Below the pieces are notes generated by a model. That model worked only from the letters and a program-made list of their open reading frames with translations, was not told where the DNA came from and made no database searches. The translations under genes and the position numbers were made by a program. A stretch of DNA of 64,000 bases from Enoplolaimus lenunculus (Eukaryota), in the NCBI GenBank assembly GCA_030248215.1, contig JASANG010002214.1:372001-436000 (forward strand). Direction: 5' to 3'. This document shows, one piece after another, positions 25,715 to 38,086 of the stretch. The stretch's first letter is position 1, and every line of letters starts with the position of its first letter.

Positions 25715-26067
25715 GGCCAATGTTTAAGAACAGGGGCGGAATAGTATTATAAGCATATTCTTAAGCCTAAGCCTAAGCCTAAACGTAAGCGTAACAATGA
25801 GTATGTTCCTAAGCCGAAGCCTAAGCCTAAACGTAAGCGTAAGAATGAGCATATTCCTAAGCCTAAGCCTAAACCTAAACGTAACCGCAAGAATGAGCAT
25901 GTTCCTAAGCCTAAGCCTAAGCCTAAACGCAAGCGTAAGAATGAGCATGTACCTAATCCTAAGCCAAATCGTAAGTCGAAGCCAAGCAAAAAAATTAGTC
26001 TAAAACTTAAGCTTACTCTATTCTAGTCCCTCAGACAAAGTCTCCGCCCCTGATTTTTACATGAGCC
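25715..26067. mobile_element. Telomere-repeat MITE copy with an internally expanded core
   Basis: Same TIRs as the family; the core AGCATATTCCTAAGCCTAAGCCTAA...CGTAAGAATG (about 48 bp) is repeated about 4.5 times. Confidence 0.85.
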
Positions 26068-27606
26068 CTTTACGTCTAAGCGTAAAGATTAAAGTTTCAA
26101 TTTTAACCGTTAATAAATCGCGTGGCGAGAGTACAAATGCCAGAATAATTCTGAACAAACCAGTTTGCACAGGTTGGTTTTTTATTAGAAAAATAGGAAA
26201 ATCGAGAAAGAAGAGAAATTTGTTTTTAATTCTTAAAATCAATAAATGTTTTTTGTGTGAAAACTTGGCTTTGAAACTGGCACGAGATGAACCAGTCTTT
26301 CAAGAAAACCAATAAAATGACGCCACTTAAAAGATTCCCAATAATCAATCACTCGTAATTTGATGTGTTTTCTTCTGCAGCTTGAATATACTACGATGGT
26401 TGTTCCAGACGGCTACGAGAATTTCACTCAGGCCACAGCCCAACGAATCAAAATCAAAATTTTGCGTTGAGATTTCGTCTAAAAATTGCGCTTGGCTTCT
26501 GATTCGTTTCGTTCGTGAGGTTGTTTCATACTTTAATACGTTGCGGCGACCTCTGTTACAAATTTTTGGATCCACCCACTGTTTGACAGTGTTTGAGAAA
26601 GAAATTCGACCCTTCCATATTTGCGTAAAATTTTGATTGCAAGCATAACAGTATCGAACAATCACGTGTAAAATTCTTTGGCATAAAATAGACGATTAAA
26701 ATTCTTAATTTATCGCTGTTTTTTTGAAAATTGTTTTATTAATAGCTCCAGCGCGCTGCACAAGCTAAATCGTTACAACAAACCCAAGAGTGTACTATAT
26801 ACACTAGTGGCTCCAGAGGAGACGGGGGAGTACGCCCCAGTCAGACATTTTTTGTGATATAATGGTAAGGCCTTGCCACACAATTTTTACCCTCAGAAAA
26901 TTTTTTTGTATAAAATGAAACACAATTTTTACCCTCAAATTTTTTATACTATAAAACCTTGTATAATGCATTCAATTTTTCCCTGAAAATTTTTTTTGAT
27001 AAAATTATAAGGTTCCTACAGTGGCGGAGCACACAGGGTTGGGAGCTCCCCAAAACTCAAGGGTGATGGCCTTCAAACTCACGAGCGAAGCGAGCGAGAC
27101 GCCAGACGCATTTTCAACTATTTATAGGTGCGGGTCTCTTTAAAGGTGGGGCCCCCACCCAAATGGGCGCGCGGGGGGGAGGGGTGGTTGCTCGGTCCCT
27201 GGGTCTCTACCTTGCAATTTTTGCAGTTTATAACATTTGCCAGTCCGCCTGCTTCCCGTGAAAACGTGAATATTGGTATATTAATAAAATAAATCAAAAT
27301 GTAAGTTCGTAGTTCACAATGCCCAAAGTTTTTTACTAATATATTTTTGGACAAATCTTTCAAATTAAATGTAAAAACATTTAGCTACCGACATGAGTCG
27401 AAGGATGGATTTCTATTGGAACTGGAGTCCAAATATAATGCTACATTTTGCACACAATTGGTGCCAAAAGAACACTGATAAAGGCTTTTGTTGGCAAAAT
27501 AAACTTTTCTGAACAGCTGGTCGAGTTGATGTAATAATGTTGCAGCAGCTGATATATATAGCCAAAATTATTATTAATGAGCAGCAAAAACAAATACAGT
27601 TTTTAT

Positions 27607-27815
27607 GACCCATGCATAGAACAGGGCCGCAACAGTAGTATATTAAGCATATTCCTAAGCCTAAGCCTATAAGCGTAAAGATGAGCTTATTCCTAAGCCT
27701 AAGCCTAAGCCTACTAAGCATAAGCCTAAGCCTAAGCAAAAAATTAGTCTAAAGCTTAAACGACTCTGTTACAGCACCTCCGGAAAACCATACGGCCCTG
27801 TTCTATATTTGGGCC
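27607..27815. mobile_element. Telomere-repeat MITE copy
   Basis: Perfect 8-bp TSD GTTTTTAT; TIRs GACCCATGCATAGAACAGGGCCG / CGGCCCTGTTCTATATTTGGGCC; (GCCTAA)n core. Confidence 0.88.
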
Positions 27816-29695
27816 GTTTTTATTTGCTACCCATAAAACCGACAACAATAACAGAGGCAGCAATAGGAGGGGTATTCATTTTAAGCCCAATCAACAGAAG
27901 TCTCTTATCCATAATTAGCCCGTTAGTGGATTGAGTCCATAGAGTCTACAAAACATACCAAAGCAGAAAAACGGCCTAGACTGCTCCAATATCTAGCCAG
28001 ACAACCTGCATGCATTTTACTATTAAATCCAATAAAAAAACTAACGGAAATGGCAATCAGAAATGCTTCGGAGCAAGTCAAATCTATCCAAAAGAAAGAA
28101 TATAGAAAACAAGACTTTTAGGTTCTGGAACGAATTAAAAATATATAACAGTCCATAGCTGCCAAACGGGGAGTACATTGTGGAAAGGTAAAATGAATGT
28201 CAGTCCACGTTATTCGGGTCACTGCAGTACTTAAATTATGCTACACTTCGAAAGCAGTTTTCTAACTTATTGTTAAGCATAATATATGCCTGTAAGAGTA
28301 AATGGAAAAAAAGACAAACGGAAATTGTATACAGAAATCTTTAAAATTTTGAGTGCCAATATTTGAAAATTTTTTTGCGGGAAATTGAAAATCCTAAAAT
28401 TTTAGTAATTTTAAGGTTGTAAAAACGTCCAATTTGTTAATTCATGCAGAAATTCAAAGACCACCGCGAGGCTATTAATGTGGGCATTTTAGCAGTTGAT
28501 GCGCATAGAATTAAATCGTGGCAAAAAAAGTTCTACTAAGTAAAACTTTAAAATTCCACAAGCAGGAGTTGAACCCAACATACATACGTGCCAGTCAATT
28601 TGCTAATCAACTGGGTCATTACAGTACGCTGTTGACACTTTATTAGGATAATATGGCATTTAATGCTTGTGTATAATGCCGAACATGGTAATGTATATAT
28701 ATGCATGGTAAAGATATGAAAATCGACAATTCCATTATGTACATGGGAGTCAAAAATAGAAGTGGGAAAAACCGGGGAGACCACGTTGTCAAGAACGAAG
28801 GCATTTTCTGTAGAGTTAAAATATAAGCTCCAATATTTTTACTGAAATACGAAGGCGGTCATAAACAAGTTTTTATGGTCTATATAGCGCTGGAGTTCTG
28901 GGTAACATTTAGTCTGCTTATATAGACATCATATTTTTCAAAAAGTCGCATTTGTCTGCTAGCCATGTCATGTGATATATTTTCCAATGTCTGTATAGTT
29001 TATGTAACATGAACGAATTGTCCTGTTGAATATCATATTTACTAAAAATTTGAAATTTGAATTTTTCATTTATGACGCTGTGGTTCTGAACGATTTTGTG
29101 TCGGAAAGGACGGCGTGTTTTTTAGTACTTTAAATTACATCTGTGCCTCTGTCAGTCGCCTTTCTATCCCTATATATGCCCGCGAAAATTGCGCTGTAAC
29201 TCTGAATATCATATACCTATTTGATGTAATTTTGGAATATCATATGATATTCGCATGAATGTCACATCAACCGACAGCATATTGACTCTTGTACACATTG
29301 AACACAGCGCAGTGGATTGTGTCAGCGTCACATGACACCCGAGTTATCTTTCTTGACTCGATATAACACCCGAGCGTAAATGTTGACGTCGAATCAACAT
29401 GGGACAAACCATGATCCGCCTGCCCGCTATAAACGTGAATTCCGCATAACGCAGCGTATTTAAAATGATAGAAACAGAACTCGGATATTGAAAAGTTTCA
29501 TAATTGAGGAAGTTATAGATATTTAGCGGGTTTCTAAAATATTAAAGAATAAATAGCGCATTCAGTCAAATTTTTTGAAATTTTGGTTGAATGCAATGCA
29601 GGAACTTTCACTTGAAATTAAATACTGAAATTCAGTCAGAATCTTAAATTTTGAGTTATCTGCTGTTGCTTTAAAATTTTAAAAGCTCTGTGAAT

Positions 29696-30167
29696 AAGGG
29701 TGTAAACTGATAGCAAAATTAATGGAAATGAATATTGAAATATAAGTTTCAAAAACGTTTTATTTTCCTTCCGACACAATTGTGGCTTGCAAATATTCAC
29801 CGGTCTTTCTAAAATTAAAAAGAAGCCGATGTACCACCAGTTTTTAAGATTATCGATGAATTTCTCTGTATTTTATTGGGAACAATAGCAGTATATCTGG
29901 ATATGTTTTTAGCGCCGTTCCGGTTTCTTGTGGGTCTGTGAAAGAGTAGGCTTATATTCTAGACATTTTTGCTTATGCATACGCTTAATCTACTGTTACG
30001 GCCCTAAAAGTAATTTTGAGAATAAAAACAACAAAATTTTATTTCTATAACGGAAACCAGGCACCGGTTTCCACTGGAAACGTATATCCGATTACAATCA
30101 TTATCCGTTTTTAATTTCCGTTAATTTTTCGCTCCGTTTCCGTATTTTAGTATCCGTTTACACTTTA
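29696..30167. mobile_element. Degenerate hAT-type MITE (CAGGGTGTAAAC family)
   Basis: AGGGTGTAAAC start and TATCCGTTTACAC end; internal similarity to 59049-59461. Boundaries are approximate. Confidence 0.6.
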
Positions 30168-31248
30168 ACCGATACTTCATCACAGCTCTGAATAAGTGGA
30201 CAATTTAATTATTTATTACAGAGCAATCAAACTTTATACTAGCAATCGCAGATGGCAACATGGTGACCTGCTTGCCAAAAACTCGTATAAAATTCCAGTC
30301 CTTTCTTCTGGTGTGAAACAAATCTCATACCTTATTTTTTATTGCACTGAAAATAATTTTGTTAATCGGAAGTTTATATGTCGCCCATGCATACACTTCA
30401 AAGTTTACTTGCGCAACAATAATGTTAATGCGTTAATGCTTCAGAGAAATTCAAACACCGTTAAAAACTTAAAGGCAACGAAGCTAAAAACTTCGAAAAA
30501 CTCAACGCTGCTGAAAGAAATGCGAACATTTTGCAGTTCGCAAAATAAAAGCACTATTAATATGTGCAAACATCCACAACTAAACCGGTTTTCGATCCGA
30601 AACTCATGATGGTTGTACAAACATCAGCCAAGAAAACAACTGTAGAAATTTCTGTAACAGGCTTAACCTCTTGGAAGCATTGCCTCAACTTAGTGAAATT
30701 GGATACTTAAGCACAAAAATAAAACCTAAACGCTATATTGTTAACCATAACAACGGCAAATCACCGGCTACTAAGAATCGGCAGCTAGATCTGAAGTACT
30801 TCTCATACACTGATTCCTAAACAAGATTGCCAATATTGTAGACCTAAGCACTTGAAACTATTTATAATACACAAAATCAAACAATGACTTTTCAACAACT
30901 CAGTAAAACGCAGTCCTTTGCATAATCAATGTGTGGCATAAACCGACCTTCCACATCGAACAGACCGCAAAACCCATAGGGCAGTCAACCAGCATTCAAG
31001 AGTCGTTCCTCGGCGAATTTTTTGAGCTAAATCACACCGTATTTATGTACTGCACCGACTAACACACTGCCAAAACTGCACATAAACAGTGTTCACTGAA
31101 CATCACTGGATGCCAAACGTGTGTGACCCGTCTTGTACCAGGATTAAACACAACTATTTACTACTACAGCATTGATGATACATTTTAACGAGCAAGTATT
31201 TGCATCGCTTGCACTCGTGTATAGAGACAAACGTTCGTTAAAATGCTA

Positions 31249-34062
31249 CTAATTCATAGCAACATCACCTCCTTGAAGTGGTTTGAGTATTGGACGTGAG
31301 TACTCAACAAAATCGTCGATTAACACAGGCCATGCACCTAAAGCAGAAAATATTTTAACGCAAACCATAAAGGCGGCATTAAACTTGTTGTGAGGCGCCA
31401 AAAGGAATTAAAATTAAATTAATGAAGTATGGTTACGTCCCAATAACCGACAAGCGTATGCATTTTGTAATAATTCTCCGTTCACATCTTATGTATCGGC
31501 AAATTTCAGGAATTTTGACGAACATTTACAAATGCCTACCCGAGCAATAACTAATGTAATTTTTCGATGTACAATACGACAAGTTCGCTTAATTTTTCGC
31601 TTACATTGGTTGTCTTGTAACAGTAATATCAGAAGCAGCTCGTCTTAACTAGCAAGCAATATAATGTTAAAATTGTGGCGTAGGTACAACCCAGCGGGAT
31701 TAAACTATCCTTTTTATATAATCTAATCTAGTCAAACTACCTTCTTCGTCATAATTGCTAAAATCATCATTTATTTGCAGCGCGAAGTCAAGCAAAAGAT
31801 TCCAAGTATCACGAGGAATAGACTTTTTGTGATTATCCTAAAATGATAACATTGATCAGAATCAAACAAGTAGTCAAATATAACAGAATTCAGATGAGTT
31901 TTAGTACCCGTTTGTGATTAGCACATAAACAGCCGACATGAAATTTTAATGCAATATGTTTCGTGTGGTTGAAATTCAAATCGATACTTTTATTTTACTA
32001 ATATGTAATTTTAGTAAAACTCACAGAAACTTGAATAGCGTTAATACGCGTTTCGAAGACATTTTGGACGAATATTCGTGCCTGACATTTTTAAAAATAA
32101 AAAACGACATATCTCTGAAATTTCCGAAAATAATTACTCAAGCTCAACACATTTATGCCGTCATAATATCAAAGCACATAAGAAATACGACACAAATGAC
32201 TTTGCTTTTATGCTTACATTTCAGATTGTTTACATGTCCTTGGGGTGTTAGGCATTACAAATTTATCACGACCAAAGTCGAAATCTTAACCCTAGGACAA
32301 AAAGTAGCATCGAAAACATACCATCAAAAACTTGAACCATAAATCCAAATACTTGAACTTATCGCGCAAACATATTTCCCAGTATGCCATCGCCATTTCC
32401 AAGTCTAAAAATATGAATAAATTGCAATTATCATAAAAATAATAATTATAACTATCCACAGATTAGGTTTAAACAGCAATCATGCCAGATTCATAACTTA
32501 GAAGAGTTCGTGTTGAGTATAAAGATAAACCATCTTTATTAATCTACTTAAATGACTTACTATTGTTTTATACTAAAGTTGAAATGAATCTACAGTTTTA
32601 ATTGAAGCAAGGATAATATAGCACAGCGGTCGGCCTATTGTAATTCATTGAACATGGTGAGTGACTTAAGTGTTTACTTAACAAGTACATTTTCATAAAC
32701 AATAAATTGGCTAAGAAAATGCTTGTTTAGCAAGTACATAAATACGAAGTTGTGCTTATGTAGCTACTGTTTCAGAAACCCAACCACTGTGTTATTTCAA
32801 AAGTTATACCAAAATACAATCTTCTATATATCTTGTCTTGTCAAGCAACATTAAGGCATACCTAAACCTTTTTGACCAGGATTTCTTGCAAAATTGAAAG
32901 TAAATTGATAGAAGTCCCTGAATTTACTCGGGTCATTCAATTCAGCATCGATCGATGGCAACTTCTGACGCAACTTATCTACCGTATCGCATCTGTTGAT
33001 TATCGAAATATACTTTCACATTTTATAAGACAAGCGTGTTTTTTGGTTGTGTATTCATGGCAGTTAAAAGCATTTTCCATCCATCAATTGTATACGAAGG
33101 GCAAAAAGTGCATTTGATTGCAATACATACATCAGGCACATTGTTGGAATGTATTTCAAACAGAGAATGAGTTTCAAAGTTCGATGTAGACTGCACCGCA
33201 ATACGAATCGATGTGTAACATATAATAGAGTAAAATAACTTTTCAAACCAAGTTTTTTCTATTTTCAATTAGAAGTAGTTCCATGTGTTTTAGAGTGGAC
33301 AATAAATAATTAAAGACATACGATAAACGTAACGAATAGAAGATGTTGCCTTACCTTAACTCGTTCATCCCGTTAACAAATTCATCTCGTGTGAACTCGC
33401 ATTGCGTCTCTGCGTTGAAATTCCACGCAATCACCAACACTAGACGGTGACCAGGATCAAGATGTAAGTCTTTGATCAATTGTAGCATCCCTTCAGCTGT
33501 AATTTTGTTGTGTTCGTTTGGATCTGAAACTAATATTTTGTCTAACGTTTAAATATAGACATGAAATAGCAAACAGCAAAGATGTACGTATTGAAGTAGA
33601 TTTTACACATAGCTTGATACGAAGTTTTCTCACTGATATTCGTATTAATAAAAAGAGAAGTCCAATAACTTACCTCTGTATCGCTGAAACGTTTGCTCCA
33701 GCTTTTTGCGATCAATCGAGGCCGGTCGTTCTTGCGCCATATAGAATTCGGGGTTGCTAAAGAACTGGTCGCATGACCCCTCCAAACTCCAATCGTTGTA
33801 TGACAAGCAGTACAAAGCAACCTGAACAGTAAAGCTTGCATTTCTACACTAAAGTTAAGGTATTCGGCGGATATGTCACCAGGGTATAAATGGGAATTAG
33901 TTCCAAAGGGTTAGAGTTTGACAATTATTGATGCACGTGGAATACCTTAGGCTTCTATAAATAATGAAACATTATTGGAAAACTTACTCGTTCGGGAGCT
34001 CGAGTCCAGTTCATGAACTGTTTAAGCTTTTCTTTTTGAGACTTGTGCAAACTTCGACTCAT
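31249..34062 (-). CDS. DCUN1D1: DCN1-like protein (defective in cullin neddylation; UBA-like and PONY domains)
   Basis: Exons 34062-33988, 33821-33674, 33523-33355, 32992-32862, 32404-32322, 31837-31741, 31337-31249 with consistent phases. Translation [20 protein letters not shown]...NDWSLE...[21 protein letters not shown]...[29 protein letters not shown]...[13 protein letters not shown]...[18 protein letters not shown] matches DCN1 hallmarks. Confidence 0.95.
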
Positions 34063-35002
34063 CGCTGCTAAATATTCAGGTAATTTCTAATAAACTAAAA
34101 ATTAACAATAGACACACATAGTTTAGAGAAATGTAACACGGACAAACTAAAAACAATATACGTGAATATTTGCGTTTATCAAAAAATATGAACAAAATAT
34201 ATACGGAACAAAATATATACGTACGGATTGTTAATATTTGTTTTGCGGACTTTCGTCCAAATACTAAAATACTTTGTCCCGACGAAAACAGAACCAGAGG
34301 TTATTAGTAATATGTAGCATGTACAATACTTGGAAAAGCTGACAAAACCGCTGCTATTAAAGATCACATTTAAAGCCGAAATTTTGTGTTCCAACACGGT
34401 TTTGGACCTCCAGAAACAACTTGCTTGCTTTTACTTTTACACCAGTGGTTGACAGATTGTCAGGTCACCAATATTATGAACGGGGCCTAGCTGCTCAACT
34501 TTACACGAATATAAGGATATTACACCAGGTGCGCGACGTCAGAAAATAGACTGCCCGTGCGCGCCCCATCTTCCAACCACAACAACTGTGCGCGACAGCC
34601 GCGATCTTACGTAAATTGCCAATCCTTTGTCCTTTGTGCTGACAAATTGCTCAATAGCAACCCACGCTGGACCTAATGTGAGTGTGGCATGCAGCCACAA
34701 CTGTACATCATTCTGTCAGCTTAGCCAGTCGTCACCATAATAGGTTATCGAGTCGTGTGCCACTACGACACCCAGCCCTATCTATCTCCCGAATTTGGAC
34801 ATGACAGCGAATGCAATACGACGCTGTGCAACTGACAGGGAAATATTCGACCAGCGGGGTATCGTACATGGACCTCCATTCCACTTGCTAGACAGACTTG
34901 CTCCCACCAAAACCAAACTACAGCTCTCTTATGCCTCAAGGCCAGCTGCATCACAATACTACATCCACTCCACAACATCGCTATGCTTTACATACCATGC
35001 AC

Positions 35003-35405
35003 CAGGGTGCAACCGGAATTCCGGTTCCGGTTCCGGCATTTTTTCACCTTCCGGTTCCGGTTCCGGTTCCGGTAAATTTTTACCGGATTTAAAAATTCCG
35101 GTATTATAATTTGGCCGTTTTCTTAACTTTGCTAATTTTTAAGAATCTCTTTTGAAAGCCACTTGTACTCCGAATATAAGCCATTGATGGTGGATTTCAC
35201 TTCAGTCGATGATGAAAATCTAAAATACAACAAATAAAATAAACACCTATGTTCGACTAAGGTTATTTCACAAATAATAGAGCAAAAAATAAGATTAAAA
35301 TGAAATTTTTGGTGAAATGCATTTTTCATTTTCCGGTTCCGGTTCCGGTAAAATTTTCAAATTCCGGTTCCGGTTCCGGTAAATTGTAATTCCGGTTGCA
35401 CCCTG
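35003..35405. mobile_element. hAT-type MITE (CAGGGTGCA-CCGG family) between the divergent DCN1 and RNF26 genes
   Basis: Perfect 8-bp TSD CCATGCAC; TIR CAGGGTGCAACCGGAATT; near-identical inverted copy of 14867-15250. Confidence 0.92.
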
Positions 35406-38086
35406 CCATGCACATATACCGATAACAATAATATGTAATACCTAACACAAGCACTTCGTTGACGTCGTGCCGCTGTAGGTTAGTTGATGAATAGCGTTGG
35501 CCTGGATAGACAAAGCTCGTTGCATGAAACCGCATGACTTACGCCCGCGATACCACAAGATCAGTTGCACAATTACACTACAACGCAGGTGTAGGTGGCA
35601 TCTCACCTTGAAATTCTGGGTATTCACTGCTTATATTTCTAAATCAATTTCCCTCAGCTTTCCCTTTTTACAGAGGGCTATCGGCTCTCAATTCGCTCGC
35701 GTTTTTCTGTTTCTGAACTGTGACTCCGCTGGCCTTAACCAGTGCGCTATTTTTAAGCCGCGCCGGATATTGTTTCCAACATTTATTAAAATACGTATTT
35801 TCACTGTTCTAAAACAATAATTCTTAAAAATATTGTACAACAATTGTTATCAAAAACCTTTGAATAACCAACCCGATTAACATCTCCCGTTAGTCTTCAA
35901 GTTAGTTACGTTTTCCTGAACTATGTTTTCTCCTCCAGTTGGCTGTTTAGTTTAAGTATTGTGAACACAAAAGTTAAGCTTTCAAAACGTATTGCTTTAG
36001 TACAAGAATAATTCAATATCATAAACTGCCAGATTTCTGTGCCTGAGTTCGGTCCATTATGTTTTATTCTACTTGTTGCATTAATTTCTGCATAAACGTT
36101 TTAAAACCGTGTGTTTCCTGCGAAGCGATCGATCTTAATTGAAGGATGAATCCCAGTCCGTTGGAAACCACAATAAAGAATCCCAAAAGTAGTGAAACAC
36201 AAACATCGAGCAAGAAGCCAGATACATACCGACCAAAAGATCATCCAAAACCGACAGCTTGGTTCGGTTTTTACATCAGTGCAAGTTTTTATTCTGAGAA
36301 CCAACGATATCGTCTAAATTTTTTAGGTCGATTATTCAGAAATAAAACACGTGATTGAGTATTATGTAGTTATAAGGAATACAAAGTGGTAGCTTAGTAA
36401 ATATAATAAACCTTTCACTCACGAACCCACGAAGCCACACAAATTATTAATTTTGTTTGTGTTTTTCGCACTATGTGAGTTTCATAGATAACCTGTTCGT
36501 GTTGTGTAATTTAAACGATGAAGAAAATGGAAGAGCCCAACACCAGCTATTAAAGCTGCCTGTGGCACTTAGACATGAATGCCCAGAATGTAATACGCAT
36601 ATAAACTCAAACATATGTCTCTATATTTTAAAACCAAACAGAATACGTTGGTCATATAAAGTATATAACTGATAACAAATTGAACCTAGGCGGTGCCAAC
36701 GGCCTTCACGTGTTCCATTTTCTGTTTTTTGTGTATTTAAAAAGAAAACAAATATAACATACAAAATAGTAACGCTTACTATTATATACAATGCACAAAA
36801 GAGTGCACAAACGAGAGCTGAGAAACAAAAATAATTTGCTTACAAAGAAATTATTTTGTATTTTTAAATTTGAACGTTTATGTCTCGTTAATTATACGAC
36901 ACTGTTTGTAACAGTCGACCACTTTTTTGGTAACTGAACCTTTCACACTAAAGATTTAAATTATTTTCTCATTTTGGAATAATATATAATTATAAGAATT
37001 ACTTAACTAGTATAACGATTTTACTGTCCAGCGGAAAAAAACTGAATTATCTCATACGTTTAAATAAAGCTTCAAAAAACTGATAATAAAATCGAAGCAA
37101 AAGCAAAGAAAGTGGAGTTAGTATAAAAAAGTCACTAGAAAAGGAGTAAACTGTGCTCAAATCTAGCCTAAGTTCTTAAAGTTGTTATTAAGAAAAGCCG
37201 TGCAAATCCTACAGCGGTTTCGAACGAAACATCTTACATATTTTCTACAAGGTGTGGTTAGGTTTAAATTTGCTTGCCGTTAAGTATAAGACGTAAAGGT
37301 TGCACCCACATAGCTGTATTTTAGATTTCCATAATCCACCAAAGCGGAATCTACCTTCGATAGTTTATTTTCAGCGTTTGTCAAGGTTTACATACTATAA
37401 TAATGAAATCTGTTTAATTTTTGTCGTCATTTTTTAGTAAAATATCTTAGTTTCCACCGACGGAACTGGAGGGTGAAAAAATGTCTGAACTGGAACCGGA
37501 ATTCCGGTTGCACACTGGGTTGCAACCTCTCAGTATATCATGCAATACCCGACCCTACTCTCATCACGCGTAGCATTGGTACCTGGGTTAGGTCGTCTAA
37601 AATCTGTTCTGGATTCGTGGTATGTAAATAGCAGGTTGCGACCGGATATTAACGGATATTTAATTTTTCACCGAGATTGTTTTTTCAGAATATGTACTCG
37701 TAAACATTGCGTAACTATGAAATTTCATAATTTCACAAAATAAAATTTATTCATTAGCCATCACTTACTTCAACTATACAGTCATACATTTGCTGAATCA
37801 TCGACTTCTGGCTTCGGTTCCAAACCACCGATACTCAAGAAGCGAGACCGAATCCGAGACCGAGACCTGCCAAATACCGAGACCGAGACCTGCCAAATAC
37901 CGAGACTTGCCGATACCGAGACCGAAGCTCCCATCCTTGTGTCACATCACATTCGCAAGTATTCCGTGTCCTGTTGGAATATACCGGATGCCAAAACCGG
38001 ATACGGATATCACTTTTTGCCAGATATTGTACCGAAGCAGTTTATATATACGTATAGATTTTAGCGTTACGTAATTGATAACGTTA

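Noticed and set aside
25724..26003. LRLRLR/LGLGLG/SLSLSL ORFs (also 27413-27739)
   Set aside because: Translations of TTAGGC/GCCTAA repeats inside MITEs.
30196..32342. Plus-strand ORFs of 137 aa and 128 aa
   Set aside because: AT-rich with no recognisable motifs; they lie downstream of DCN1 or antisense within its intron.
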